Translations under genes and position numbers: made by a program
Notes under the pieces: model-generated
The model's input: only the letters and a program-made list of their open reading frames with translations
Databases searched by the model: none
Told to the model about the DNA's origin: nothing
Source: an uncultured Anaerolineaceae bacterium
Lineage (GTDB): Bacteria; Chloroflexota; Anaerolineae; Anaerolineales; UBA4823
NCBI GenBank assembly: GCA_964400875.1
Contig: CAYNWK010000003.1
Span: 34,702 to 98,701 of the forward strand
Length of the DNA: 64,000 bases
Direction: 5' to 3'
In this document: in pieces, positions 18,211 to 28,089 of the stretch
Position numbering within the stretch: the first letter of the stretch is position 1
Layout: every line of letters begins with the position of its first letter

Positions 18211-18987
18211 ATGCAAGCGATTATCACTGCTGGCGGCGTCCCCCATCCGGAAGAGCCGCTCTACGAATATACCCAAGGTAAGCCCAAGGCGCTGGTCGAT
18301 GTCGCCGGTAAACCGATGGCCCAGTGGGTGTTGGATGCGCTGTGCGACAGCCCGGCGATCGAGGAAATCGTCCTGATCGGGCTGACCGAAGAGAGCGGGG
18401 TGCAGTGCGATAAAATTTCCGCCTACCTGCCCAGCCAGGGGGGCATCCTAGAGAATATCCGCGCGGGGGTTGAAAAAGTCGTCGAGCAGCACCCCGAGAC
18501 GCGCCACGTACTGGTGGCCTCCTCGGATATCCCGGCGATCACGGCGGAGACCGTCGATTGGTTGGTCGATGAAGCCATGCAGAGCGACCACGACATTTAT
18601 TATTCGGTGGTTTCCCGCCAGGTGATGGAAAAGCGCTACCCCAACTCCAACCGGTCATACACGCACTTAAAGGAAGCCGAAGTGTGCGGTGGAGATATGA
18701 ACGTCATCCGGGCATTGACGGTGACCAAGAACGAAGAGCTGTGGAAAAAAATCATCGATGCCCGCAAGAGCGTGTTGAAGCAAGCCTCGCTGATCGGTTT
18801 CAGCACCCTGCTTTTGCTCCTGCTGCGGCGGCTCGACCTGGAAAGCGGCGTCAAGCGCGTCACCGAACGCCTGGACATCACCGGGCGGGTGCTCTTCAGC
18901 CCTTACGCCGAGATCGCCATGGATGTGGACAAACCTCACCAGCTCGAGATACTGCGCGCCGATATGGCCCAGAAAGTTCAGGCCTGA
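18211..18987 (+). CDS. Nucleotidyltransferase family protein (MobA-like NTP_transf_3 fold)
   Basis: AIITAGGVP…GKPKALVDVAGKPM… N-terminal nucleotide-binding pattern. It starts 2 nt after the previous stop. Confidence 0.7.
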   Translation: MQAIITAGGVPHPEEPLYEYTQGKPKALVDVAGKPMAQWVLDALCDSPAIEEIVLIGLTEESGVQCDKISAYLPSQGGILENIRAGVEKVVEQHPETRHVLVASSDIPAITAETVDWLVDEAMQSDHDIYYSVVSRQVMEKRYPNSNRSYTHLKEAEVCGGDMNVIRALTVTKNEELWKKIIDARKSVLKQASLIGFSTLLLLLLRRLDLESGVKRVTERLDITGRVLFSPYAEIAMDVDKPHQLEILRADMAQKVQA

Positions 18988-19000
18988 GGCGCTCTCCCCC

Positions 19001-19540
19001 ATGGGGTCATTCAACCTGTTGCGGCGTCGCGCGTTGGAACTGGACGCCAGCCTATCCGCCGCTCTGCGCATCGCCGAGCGCCCCGGCGCTTTGCGGCGGG
19101 CGGCTGCGCTGCTCGCCCATTCAGGCGATTCCTGGTTTTGGCTGTTGGGCCTGGCTTTGGTGTGGTTGTTGGGGCCCGGGTATTGGCGAAGCCGTGCAGT
19201 GGTCCTGGCTGTGGGGATCACGGCGACCGCCGTCATCGTCCTCGCCATCAAGTTCAGCGTACGGCGCCAGCGCCCTGCTGGAGAATGGGGGCGCATCTAC
19301 CGTTCCACCGACCCGCATTCTTTTCCCTCCGGTCACGCCGCCCGCGGCGCCATGCTGGCGGTGATTGGGCTGGCTTTTGGCCCCTCCTGGTTCGGCGGCG
19401 CGCTGCTGGTCTGGGCGCCGCTGGTCTCCCTGGCGCGGGTCACCATGGGGGTGCATTATCTTTCAGACGTGCTTGCCGGCATCCTCCTGGGATTCTTGAT
19501 GGGGCTGGTCATCTTACAGATCTTTGCGATTGGCCTTTAG
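19001..19540 (+). CDS. PAP2-superfamily membrane phosphatase
   Basis: The three PAP2 motifs KFSVRRQRP, SFPSGHA and MGVHYLSDVLAG. I chose the ATG at 19001 rather than the ORF start at 18923. Confidence 0.85.
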   Translation: MGSFNLLRRRALELDASLSAALRIAERPGALRRAAALLAHSGDSWFWLLGLALVWLLGPGYWRSRAVVLAVGITATAVIVLAIKFSVRRQRPAGEWGRIYRSTDPHSFPSGHAARGAMLAVIGLAFGPSWFGGALLVWAPLVSLARVTMGVHYLSDVLAGILLGFLMGLVILQIFAIGL

Positions 19541-19565
19541 ACGCCAGGTTTATAACAATAGAAGC

Positions 19566-19644
19566 TACGCAGTTTACTAGGAAAGCGAGGGTGTTTTGGC
19601 GGGCGTCGCCCGCTAAAACATCCCCGACTCTTCCCAAGTTACCC
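19566..19644. repeat. Intergenic nested-palindrome repeat, copy E (between convergent genes)
   Basis: tacgcagtttactaggaaagcgagggtgttttggcgggcgtcgcccgctaaaacatccccgactcttcccaagttaccc. Confidence 0.8.
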
Positions 19645-19655
19645 TGACCTAACGC

Positions 19656-20717
19656 TCAGACGGCCTGGCTCATTTCCATTTTAAACCCTTCGATGGTTTC
19701 GACCGGGGTGGGGTCCACTCCGTAAGCCATCGCCAGGTAATAAGCCGTGTAGTCGCCGAAGTGCAGCGCGGTCCACAGGTGGGCCAGCGCGCTGTCTCCC
19801 TGCGCGTCGATGAAATCGGTGTTCAGACCTTCCAGCATGAAAGTCTTCTTGGTCAGCTCCGTGCGCAGCAGGTTGCGGGTGTGGTAGGAAGGCGCGCGCA
19901 GAAAGAGCGCCAGCGTGTGCGCCAGGGCCTCTCCGGGATTGTGCAGGCCGGCCAGCGTGTTGTGGTCCGCTTCAGGCAAGCCTTCGAACTGCGCCCAGGC
20001 TTTGGCCACCTCGCTGATCTGTCCCTTCCAGCGCCGGGCTACCGGCTCCAGGATGTCGGCCCCGAAGATCGCCACCCAGCGCCCGAGAATCTGCCCGGCG
20101 ATGCGCTTGGCCGGGTTTTGCACCACCGGCGTATCCGCCTTCAGGCTTTCCTGCTGGGCGCACATGCTCGCCACCGCTCCCTCTAGTTCAGCGCCCGAGT
20201 CGGGGATCAGACCCAACCGGGTGCAGGCTGCCAGCAGCAAGCCGAAGGAGTAACCCACCGCGGCGCGCGGCTGCCCGGCGTGTTCGAAGCGCCATAAGGC
20301 GGCCCCAACCTGCCCGGCCTTTTCGGCCAACTGGCCCCCGGTGGTGACAGCCAGGATGCGGCAGCCGTTGGCGACGGCGCGGTCGAAGGACGAGAGCGTT
20401 TCTTCGGTGTTGCCGGAGTGCGAGGAGGCGATCACCAGGGTGCCCTGCCCCGAGGCCCAGGCCGGCAGGTCATAGTTGCGCTGCACAATGATGGGCGCCG
20501 TCCCCAACGGCCCGGCGTAAGCGGCCAGTAACTCCGCGCCGATGGCCGAGCCGCCCATACCGGTGATCAACACGCGCTCGATGCCCTGCCAGTCCGGCAG
20601 CGGCAAGCGCCCTCCCAGCTCCCAGGCCTGCGCAAGCTGGTCGGGCAAGCCATCGATCTCGGAGAGCATGTTTTGGGGGTCTAATTCTTTAAAAGTTCCT
20701 ACGTCATCCAGATTCAT
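19656..20717 (-). CDS. Bifunctional phosphoglucose/phosphomannose isomerase (SIS-domain PGI/PMI)
   Basis: SIS motifs ITGMGGSAIG and ASSHSGNTEET; 353 aa. Confidence 0.85.
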   Translation of the reverse strand: MNLDDVGTFKELDPQNMLSEIDGLPDQLAQAWELGGRLPLPDWQGIERVLITGMGGSAIGAELLAAYAGPLGTAPIIVQRNYDLPAWASGQGTLVIASSHSGNTEETLSSFDRAVANGCRILAVTTGGQLAEKAGQVGAALWRFEHAGQPRAAVGYSFGLLLAACTRLGLIPDSGAELEGAVASMCAQQESLKADTPVVQNPAKRIAGQILGRWVAIFGADILEPVARRWKGQISEVAKAWAQFEGLPEADHNTLAGLHNPGEALAHTLALFLRAPSYHTRNLLRTELTKKTFMLEGLNTDFIDAQGDSALAHLWTALHFGDYTAYYLAMAYGVDPTPVETIEGFKMEMSQAV

Positions 20718-21547
20718 TCATTTTCCTCCTTCTGGTTTAACAAGCGGCGGTACACCTCCCGGCGGGGCCAGCCCGACTCGGCCGCCAGCTGGCTGGCGAT
20801 TTGGGAGGGCGGGTCATCCTGGCCCAGCGCTTCCCGTAAGGCTGCGTTCAGCCGCTGCTCGGGCCAGCGCTCACCGTTCGCAGCCCGCCCGGCGACCACC
20901 AGGGTAAACTCGCCGCGCGGCTCGACGGCGCTGAAGTGCGCCCGCAGCGTTTCCAGGTCGCCGCGCAAGATCTCCTCGTGCAGCTTGGTCAGCTCGCGGG
21001 CTACGGCGACCTGCCGGTCCCCAAGCACCGCGGCCAGGTCTTCCAGGGCCTCCGTCAGCCGGTGGGGCGTTTCCAGGAAGATCAGCGTATAGGGCAGCGC
21101 CTCAACCGCTTCCAGCAAACTGCGCCGCTGGGCTTTTTTGCGGGGCAGGTAGCCCAGGTAGACGAAAGCGTCGGTGGGCAAGCCGGAAGCCACCAGCGCA
21201 GCCAGCGGCGCGCTCGGTCCGGGGATTGGGCTGACCGTGTGCCCGGCCGCCAGGGCAGCGCTGACCAGTTCGTAGCCAGGATCGTTGAGCGCCGGCGTGC
21301 CTGCGTCCGAGATCAGGGCTACATCCCCGGCCTCCAGGGCAGCCAGGACCTGCTCCATCCGGCCGCGCCCGCTGTGTTCGTGGTAGCTGGTCTGGGGGGT
21401 CTCGACCCCGAAATGTTTCAGCAGCCTCCCGCTGTGACGGGTGTCTTCCGCGGCGATCAACGCGGCTTCGCGCAGCACGCGCAGCGCCCGGGCGCTGATG
21501 TCCTCTAAATTGCCAATCGGTGTCGCCACCAGGTACAGCGTGCCCAT
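20714..21547 (-). CDS. rsmI: 16S rRNA (cytidine1402-2'-O)-methyltransferase
   Basis: GTLYLVATPIGNLEDIS N-terminus with a tetrapyrrole-methylase fold. A 4-nt overlap with the downstream gene. Confidence 0.9.
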   Translation of the reverse strand: MGTLYLVATPIGNLEDISARALRVLREAALIAAEDTRHSGRLLKHFGVETPQTSYHEHSGRGRMEQVLAALEAGDVALISDAGTPALNDPGYELVSAALAAGHTVSPIPGPSAPLAALVASGLPTDAFVYLGYLPRKKAQRRSLLEAVEALPYTLIFLETPHRLTEALEDLAAVLGDRQVAVARELTKLHEEILRGDLETLRAHFSAVEPRGEFTLVVAGRAANGERWPEQRLNAALREALGQDDPPSQIASQLAAESGWPRREVYRRLLNQKEENE

Positions 21548-21622
21548 AAATCCGCTTGATCGTCTCAGTCGTTCGAGGTTGGTTTTCGGGGGAACCGGGC
21601 TTGCCGGTTGCTCATGCGGCGC

Positions 21623-22699
21623 TTACGGAATTTGCCAGGTGAGGAACTGCAGGCCGAGGGTGCCCGCCTGGCTGTCGAAGGCGGTGACCTGGGCCCAACC
21701 GGGCAGAGCCAGGCTAGTGCGGTAGCACAGATAGGTTCCCACGGGCAGAGAGGCTTCGATCCCCAGCGGCGCGCCCAGCAGCGACTGCCCCTTACAGTCA
21801 GTCATGCTCGGCTGCTCGCCGCCGAAGACGCCGAACTGGGCGCCTGAAGAGGGCGCCGCCGCCAGACCCAGGTCGCCGGACTGGAAGATCAAATCGATAT
21901 CCCCGGCATTGACCTCTCCGCTGTCCAGGTCTACCCCTTCGTCGAGCTGCAAGCTGACCGATCCGCTGGCCTGCACGACTTCGGTGGGCGATGCCGTGGG
22001 CGTTTCTTCCGCAGATGGGCTGGTAGGCGCCTGGGTGGCCGAAGCCACCACCACGATGCGCACCCAGAAGGCTAAGTCACCGTTGGGGCCGATCCCGAAG
22101 AGCGCTCCGGCCTCGTCGCGTAGTTTCCAGTTGCTCTGGTAGGTCCCGGCTTCGGCGGGCGCGACCATATCCACGGAAAGCTCCACCGTTTGCCCGGGTT
22201 CGACGCTGGTTCCCAACGGGACGCTGTCCGGCGCGCCCATTTTTTCGCCGGAAAACCACACCAGGTCGAAGGCCGGCGTCCAAGTGCAAGCGCCGGCGTT
22301 TTCCAGGCGCCAGGTCTTGGTGAAGGTTTCCCCCGGGTCCAGTTCGGTGTCGTCCGGAATGGACACGTCGATGGGGAAACCCGGCGAAGCTTGAGCGCAG
22401 TTGCTCCCTGGACCGGTCACCGGGGGCGGGGTGGCGGTCGGCTCGCTGGTCGTGACCACCGTCTCCGCCGTCGGCGTCGCCGTCGCCACACCGCTGTCGG
22501 TTGGGGCCGGCGTGTTGCTGGCCAGCGGCGTCTGGGCCACAGCTTCGGTCAGCTTGGCTTCGACGGTCTGGTACGCTTGGGTGACGTTCAGGGTGGGCGT
22601 ACCGGAAGCGCTGGCCGGCATATTGCAGCCCACCAGGGTCAAGCAGAGCAGCGCCGCGATCACCCCGCCGATCGTTAAATAGCTCGGGTAAATTTTCAT
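21623..22699 (-). CDS. Lipoprotein with an NBR1-like Ig domain
   Basis: Lipobox LTLVGC, a T/P-rich linker, then FTKTWRLENAGACTWTP…GTYQSNWKLRDEAGALFG (NBR1-type Ig pattern). Confidence 0.75.
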   Translation of the reverse strand: MKIYPSYLTIGGVIAALLCLTLVGCNMPASASGTPTLNVTQAYQTVEAKLTEAVAQTPLASNTPAPTDSGVATATPTAETVVTTSEPTATPPPVTGPGSNCAQASPGFPIDVSIPDDTELDPGETFTKTWRLENAGACTWTPAFDLVWFSGEKMGAPDSVPLGTSVEPGQTVELSVDMVAPAEAGTYQSNWKLRDEAGALFGIGPNGDLAFWVRIVVVASATQAPTSPSAEETPTASPTEVVQASGSVSLQLDEGVDLDSGEVNAGDIDLIFQSGDLGLAAAPSSGAQFGVFGGEQPSMTDCKGQSLLGAPLGIEASLPVGTYLCYRTSLALPGWAQVTAFDSQAGTLGLQFLTWQIP

Positions 22700-22718
22700 C
22701 AGAAATTGTGCCTGGATT

Positions 22719-23861
22719 CTACCGCGTTTCTATGCCCACCTGCGCGGCGAGTAAGTGAGCGATCTCCCGGGCGGCCTGAGGCCGCGCCAGCCGGTGGGCG
22801 GCCGCGGCGGCCTGACGGTGTTTACCCGGGTGCGACAGCCAGTCCGCCAGCGCAGCGACGATCTCGTCGGTTCGCGGCGCCCAGACCCCTGCCCCTTGGG
22901 AGGTGACGTAGCTGACGTTGCCTTCTTCCTGTCCGGGCAGCCGGCTGTACAGGATCAGCGGTAAACCGGCGTTAAAGGCCTCGCTGATCGTACCCGGGCC
23001 TGCCTTGGTCACCAGGATGTCGGCAGCTTGCATGAAGTCCGGCATCCGCCGTACAAAACCATAGATATAGGTGTGTTCGGGCCAGGAGTGGCTTTCCAGC
23101 CTGGCTTTGAGGTCTTTATTCCGGCCGGTGATCACCGCCAGGCCGGCGGGCAGGCCCGCTTTGGCAATGGCGCGGGCGGTCTTCTCCAATGGCCCCATGC
23201 CTTCACCACCCCCGACCAGCAAAATCATCGGCCGGTCCGTGTTCCATTCCAGGCGGGCTCGGATCGTCCTACGGTCCCCGGCCGGCTGGCAGAATCGGTC
23301 GGCGACAGGCAAGCCGATCACCCGCATCTGCTCGGCTTTCATGCCGAACTTGATCGCTCGTCGGTAGGCGGCGCTCGTCGGCACAACGCACAGATCGACG
23401 TGCGGGTGATACCAGAAAGCATGCACCGTGACTAAATCGGTAACCACCGTGATGAAGGGCGGATGCTTTTTGCCCAGGGCGCGCAAAGCCGGGGCGTTCG
23501 CCAGCGGGTGCAGCGAGACGATCAGGTCGCTGGGGCGGCGTTCGACCAGCTTGCGCATCTGCCGGCGCAAGTAGGGCCAGCTGGTGGCGGCCAGCAGCCG
23601 CGCCCGCCGGCTGCCGTCGCTAAGACGGTAGCCCACTCCCCAGGCCTGCGGGACCCGGGAGAGGCGCGCGTAAAACTCCGGGGCGCGATTCAGGGGTTGG
23701 GGAGCGTATTCCTTAAAAATGTCGACCATTTCGGTGGTGAAGTGGCCGTCATATTCCAGGTTTAGGGCTTCGATAATCGCTTCGGTGGCGCTGCGATGTC
23801 CTCCCCCCGTATCGGAGAACAAGAAGAGGATGTGCGCACGCTCAGGCGGCGTTTGGCTCAT
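22719..23861 (-). CDS. MGDG-synthase-like glycosyltransferase (GT28 family; glycolipid synthase)
   Basis: ILFLFSDTGGGHRSA N-terminal motif with a GT-B C-terminal half (…VTKAGPGTISEA…). Confidence 0.85.
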   Translation of the reverse strand: MSQTPPERAHILFLFSDTGGGHRSATEAIIEALNLEYDGHFTTEMVDIFKEYAPQPLNRAPEFYARLSRVPQAWGVGYRLSDGSRRARLLAATSWPYLRRQMRKLVERRPSDLIVSLHPLANAPALRALGKKHPPFITVVTDLVTVHAFWYHPHVDLCVVPTSAAYRRAIKFGMKAEQMRVIGLPVADRFCQPAGDRRTIRARLEWNTDRPMILLVGGGEGMGPLEKTARAIAKAGLPAGLAVITGRNKDLKARLESHSWPEHTYIYGFVRRMPDFMQAADILVTKAGPGTISEAFNAGLPLILYSRLPGQEEGNVSYVTSQGAGVWAPRTDEIVAALADWLSHPGKHRQAAAAAHRLARPQAAREIAHLLAAQVGIETR

Positions 23862-24051
23862 CTTCAGGTTTCTGGCGGATCGCTTTCAATTGGTGGGATA
23901 ACTTCCGTCTCGTCAGCAGCACCCGCCGGCCGCACTGTGTGCATTCGAGGCCGATATCTGCGCCTAGCCGTACGATTTTCCATTCATAACTCCCGCACGG
24001 ATGCGGCTTGCGCAGGCGCACGACATCATCCAATTGCAAGTCTGGCAGCAT
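23842..24051 (-). CDS. DUF951 family small protein
   Basis: 69 aa: DVVRLRKPHPCGSYEWKIVRLGADIGLECTQCGRRV (a CxxxxxxW…CxxC ribbon typical of DUF951). It overlaps the GT start by 20 nt. Confidence 0.75.
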   Translation of the reverse strand: MLPDLQLDDVVRLRKPHPCGSYEWKIVRLGADIGLECTQCGRRVLLTRRKLSHQLKAIRQKPEDEPNAA

Positions 24052-24099
24052 GCCAGGGATTATATCACGGGGTGGTATAATCCCCGTTAAGGCCCCATT

Positions 24100-24753
24100 A
24101 TGTTCATGAATCTTGACCTTCCAACCATCATCGCCCGTGTATTTGTGCTGATCACGGCGTTTTCCGTGCACGAATTCGCCCATGCCTGGACGGCGGATAT
24201 GTTCGGCGACCGCACGCCGCGCATGAACGGGCGCCTGACCCTGAATCCCCTGTCCCACCTGGACCCAATTGGCTCGCTGATGTTGCTAGTCGCCGGTTTT
24301 GGGTGGGCCAAGCCTGTCGAGGTCAACCCATATGCGCTCAGCCGCAGTTCACCGGCGGCGATGATGTGGGTCTCCCTGGCGGGGCCGGCTTCGAATTTAA
24401 TCATGGCGGTGATCGGCGCCATCCCGTTCCGCCTGGGGCTGATTTCCGCTTCCGGCGCGATATTCAACCCTGGGCAGATCCTGCCGTCGGTGGACAAACT
24501 GCTCTACGAATTCGTCTTCATCAACCTGATCCTGATGCTTTTCAACCTGCTCCCCATCGCCCCGCTAGACGGCGAGAAGATCGCCTTGTATTTCTTCCCG
24601 CCCTCCGTGGCGCGCGTGGTCGAACAGATCCGCCCGTACGGGCCGCTGATCTTGCTGGCTTTGATTTTCCTAGGCCCCACTGTGGGCGTCGATATCTTCG
24701 GCTGGATCCTGGTGCCGCCCCTGCGGGCGCTGATGAACCTATTGATCGGATGA
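24100..24753 (+). CDS. Site-2 protease family (M50) zinc metalloprotease
   Basis: HEFAHAW (HExxH) within TM1 and a later NLLPIAPLDG motif. Confidence 0.88.
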   Translation: MFMNLDLPTIIARVFVLITAFSVHEFAHAWTADMFGDRTPRMNGRLTLNPLSHLDPIGSLMLLVAGFGWAKPVEVNPYALSRSSPAAMMWVSLAGPASNLIMAVIGAIPFRLGLISASGAIFNPGQILPSVDKLLYEFVFINLILMLFNLLPIAPLDGEKIALYFFPPSVARVVEQIRPYGPLILLALIFLGPTVGVDIFGWILVPPLRALMNLLIG

Positions 24754-25307
24754 ACCCGGCGCGATTACTGTACCGCACCCGCCAATTCTGGCAGGCCCTC
24801 GGGGCAACGCACTCGCCGGAAGACCTGGCATTCGCTCAGCGACTGCTTACCCCCGCCCAGCTGGCGCTCTTTTACAGGATGCAGCCGGCAGAACAGGCGC
24901 ACAGCCTGCGGGTGGCCCGCGATCTGCTGGCACAGGGTGAGGAGCATCCGGATTTATTAGTAGCGGCCTTGCTGCACGATGTGGGCAAGAGCCGTTTTCC
25001 TTTAAGCTTGTGGGAGCGCGTGCTGATCGTGCTGGTCAGGGCGATCTGCCCGGGCTGCCTGCGGCGCTGGGGCCGACTCGAAGCGGGGACGAGCTCGTCC
25101 GGAGAGCCGCTGCGGTTTGGTTGGCGGCACCCTTTCATCGTCGCTGAAACCCACCCGGAATGGGGCGCACGAATGGCGGCGGAAGCAGGAGCGTCTCCAC
25201 TGGGCGCCGCGCTCATCCGGCGGCACCAGGAGGCGCTCCCCGGAAAGGGCGGCGCGTTGGAAGACTGCTTGCTGCGGAAATTACAGGCAGTAGACGATCA
25301 GAATTGA
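24750..25307 (+). CDS. HD-domain protein
   Basis: …HSLRVA… and LLHDVGK metal-binding motifs. The ATG at 24750 overlaps the M50 stop (ATGA). The longer ORF from 24303 is rejected. Confidence 0.8.
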   Translation: MNPARLLYRTRQFWQALGATHSPEDLAFAQRLLTPAQLALFYRMQPAEQAHSLRVARDLLAQGEEHPDLLVAALLHDVGKSRFPLSLWERVLIVLVRAICPGCLRRWGRLEAGTSSSGEPLRFGWRHPFIVAETHPEWGARMAAEAGASPLGAALIRRHQEALPGKGGALEDCLLRKLQAVDDQN

Positions 25308-25316
25308 GGTATGCAG

Positions 25317-26306
25317 ATGACCGTCCAAATTACCATCGTTGGACTAGGACAAATCGGCTGTTCGGTTGGGCTGGCTTTAGCCGAACACACGGAATTGGTC
25401 CACCGGATCGGCCACGACAAGGACATGAGCGTCGCCAGGCATGCCGAGAAGCAGGGAGCTCTGGACAAGGTTTTGTTCAACTTGTCCAGCGCGGTGCGGG
25501 AGGCCGACATCGTGCTGCTTTCTCTGCCCATGGATCAGATCCAGGACACGCTCACCCTGATTGCGGATGACCTGAAAGACGGCGCGGTGGTTATGGACAC
25601 CGGGCCGGTTAAAGAGGTGGTCGCCGGCTGGGCGCAAGAAACTCTCCCAGAAGGCCGTTACTACCTGGGACTTACCCCAGTGTTGAACCCGGCTTACCTC
25701 CACGAGTTGGAGTCCGGCGTCGTCGCCGCGCATCCAGACTTGTTTAAAGGGGGGATGCTCGCCATCGTGTCGCCTCCCGGCACTCCTTCGGAAGCGATCA
25801 AATTGGGTGCCGACCTGACCCGCTTGCTGGGCGCCGATCCGTTTTTCGTCGATCCACTGGAGATGGATGGCCTCATGGCTACCTCCCACGTCCTGCCGCA
25901 GCTTATGGCGGCTGCTCTGCTCAATGCAACCGTGGATCAACCTGGCTGGCGCGAGGGGCGGAAAGTCGCCGGGCGCGCCTACGCCGAGGCCACCAGCCCC
26001 ATCGTCCATCCCACCGCGACGGAGAGCCTGAGCGCATCGGCCATGCTCAACGGGGAAAACGTGGTGCGCGCCATCGACGGCGTGATCGCCGCCTTGCAGG
26101 CCTTGCGATCCGATATCGCTGAGAGGCGGGTCGATGAATTATCCGCGCGGCTGGCCCGCGCCCGCCGCGGCCGAGAGAACTGGTGGTCGCAGCGCCAGAC
26201 GGCCAACTGGGAAGGCGAGGAGGTGCAACCGGAGGATCTACCCAAGGTTGGTGAATGGCTCGGGCGCATGATGGGATTCAGGAGCCGACCCGACGAGGAA
26301 GATTAA
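25317..26306 (+). CDS. tyrA: Prephenate/arogenate dehydrogenase-like protein
   Basis: ITIVGLGQIGCSVGLAL Rossmann N-terminus with a PDH-type helical C-terminal domain. The ATG at 25317 has better spacing from the GAGG than the ATG at 25311. Confidence 0.7.
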   Translation: MTVQITIVGLGQIGCSVGLALAEHTELVHRIGHDKDMSVARHAEKQGALDKVLFNLSSAVREADIVLLSLPMDQIQDTLTLIADDLKDGAVVMDTGPVKEVVAGWAQETLPEGRYYLGLTPVLNPAYLHELESGVVAAHPDLFKGGMLAIVSPPGTPSEAIKLGADLTRLLGADPFFVDPLEMDGLMATSHVLPQLMAAALLNATVDQPGWREGRKVAGRAYAEATSPIVHPTATESLSASAMLNGENVVRAIDGVIAALQALRSDIAERRVDELSARLARARRGRENWWSQRQTANWEGEEVQPEDLPKVGEWLGRMMGFRSRPDEED

Positions 26307-26373
26307 AGCTTGTAGAGTGAAGCTTGCGCTGCTTATCAGCTCAAGTTACACCCATAAAATAATCATAGGAGAG

Positions 26374-26439
26374 ACGCACTTGAGGAAGGAAGGGGGCGTG
26401 GGCTGGCAAACGCCCTCAATCTCCCGGCGAACTGCGTAA
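26374..26439. repeat. Intergenic nested-palindrome repeat, copy F (reverse orientation)
   Basis: acgcacttgaggaaggaagggggcgtgggctggcaaacgccctcaatctcccggcgaactgcgtaa. Confidence 0.8.
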
Positions 26440-26462
26440 CTCCTAAACCTGTGAGGAGCCGC

Positions 26463-27644
26463 ATGACGAAAAAACTGCAATGGATCGAAGATGAGCTCGA
26501 CAACCTGAAAGAATCCGGGCTGTATAACCGGATCCGCACGCTGAGTTCGCCCCAGGGCGCCTGGTTAGTCGTCGACGGGCAGCGCGTGCTCAATTTTTGC
26601 TCCAACAACTATTTGGGGTTGGCCAACCATCCCCAGATCACGGCGGCAGCTCGCACGGCGATCCAGGAGTACGGCGTTGGCCCGGCTGCCGTGCGCACCA
26701 TCGCCGGCACCATGCGCCTGCACGAGCAGTTGGAACAGCGCCTGGCGAATTTCAAGGGCGTGCAGTCGGCGATCACGTTCCAGTCCGGCTTTAACGCCAA
26801 CCTGGGCGCCATTCCCGCCCTGGTCGGGCGGGGCGACGCCATCTTCTCCGATGAACTCAACCACGCCAGCATCATCGACGGCTCACGGCTCTCCCGGGCC
26901 GACATCGTCCGCTACGCTCACTGCGATCCTGAGGACCTCCAGCGCCAGCTGAAGGACAAACGCGGCGATTACACCCGCGCTATGGTGATCTCCGACGGCG
27001 TCTTCAGTATGGACGGCGATGTGGCCCCCCTGGACGAGATCTACGCCGTGAGCAAGGATTACGACACCATTCTGATGGTCGATGACGCCCACGGGGAAGG
27101 GGTGCTGGGCAAAGGCGGGCGCGGTATCGTCGATCACTTCAGCCTGCACGGCAAAGTAGACGTCGAAGTGGGTACGCTTTCCAAAGCTTTTGGCGTTGTC
27201 GGCGGCGTGGTGGCCGGGGATCCCCTGGTAGTCGAGTGGCTGCGCCAGCGCGGCCGGCCCTTCCTGTTCTCCTCCGCCATGACCGTCCCCGACGTAGCCG
27301 CCTGCATCGCCGCCCTGGACATCCTGGAAGAATCCACCGAGCTGGTCGACCGCCTGTGGGAGAACGCCCGGTATTTCAAGGCCGAGATGAAGCGCCTGGG
27401 TTTCGACACCGGCAAGAGCACCACGCCGATCACGCCGATCATGCTAGGCGAGGCCCCGCTGGCGCAGCAGTTCAGCCGCGCGCTGTTCGAAGCCGGCGTT
27501 TTCGCTACCGCCATTGGCTACCCCACGGTGCCCCAGGGCAAGGCGCGCATCCGGGTGATGCTCTCGGCTGCCCACCAGGAAGAGGACCTGGCCCGCGGCT
27601 TGGAGGCTTTCGCCAGCGTGGGCCGAGATCTGGGCGTGATTTAG
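26463..27644 (+). CDS. kbl: Glycine C-acetyltransferase (2-amino-3-ketobutyrate CoA ligase)
   Basis: [12 protein letters not shown]-terminus, [10 protein letters not shown] and GTLSKAFG (PLP Lys). ATG preceded by GAGGAG. Confidence 0.9.
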   Translation: MTKKLQWIEDELDNLKESGLYNRIRTLSSPQGAWLVVDGQRVLNFCSNNYLGLANHPQITAAARTAIQEYGVGPAAVRTIAGTMRLHEQLEQRLANFKGVQSAITFQSGFNANLGAIPALVGRGDAIFSDELNHASIIDGSRLSRADIVRYAHCDPEDLQRQLKDKRGDYTRAMVISDGVFSMDGDVAPLDEIYAVSKDYDTILMVDDAHGEGVLGKGGRGIVDHFSLHGKVDVEVGTLSKAFGVVGGVVAGDPLVVEWLRQRGRPFLFSSAMTVPDVAACIAALDILEESTELVDRLWENARYFKAEMKRLGFDTGKSTTPITPIMLGEAPLAQQFSRALFEAGVFATAIGYPTVPQGKARIRVMLSAAHQEEDLARGLEAFASVGRDLGVI

Positions 27645-27651
27645 TTCGGAC

Positions 27652-27722
27652 TTACGCGCTTGAGGGAAGAATAGGTCAACCCCGTGTGCACGGGTACACA
27701 CGGGGTTGACCTTTTGCTTCGA
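27652..27722. repeat. Palindrome-family copy G with a substituted core; probably also the kbl terminator
   Basis: ttacgcgcttgagggaagaa flank, then a 15-bp stem ggtcaaccccgtgtg/cacacggggttgacc (27674-27711) followed by ttttgcttc. Confidence 0.7.
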
Positions 27723-27784
27723 ATGAGGAGAGTGAGAGAGGAGCGATGAAACTACTTTGAAACTACGATGTGCCTGCGCTGTTG

Positions 27785-28015
27785 CTACAATGTTTCGGCA
27801 AAGGGATCGTAGGCGGGATTAGTGCCGGCCCAGACGCAGCTCGGCCGACCGTCCAGGTTGCAATTAACACTTTGAGAACAGCGATGAGCGGTGATGCGCG
27901 GCGGTTGGTCGGGCAACCATGCTGCGGGGTAGATAAACTCGGCCTCTAAGGCTACCTCAGCATCTACGTGATGGCAATACTGAACTTTCAGGGTCTGCCA
28001 GGTTTTCACGGCCAT
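27785..28015 (-). CDS. Small Cys-containing hypothetical protein (76 aa)
   Basis: ATG at 28015 preceded by GAGGAG; 4 Cys (C14, C46, C51, C59). I do not recognise the family. Confidence 0.55.
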   Translation of the reverse strand: MAVKTWQTLKVQYCHHVDAEVALEAEFIYPAAWLPDQPPRITAHRCSQSVNCNLDGRPSCVWAGTNPAYDPFAETL

Positions 28016-28089
28016 AATGACGTCTCCTCGGAACTCCACATCGATTTACGTACCCCAGTATAGCCCCCTATTTCCAGGCTAGATAGTGT

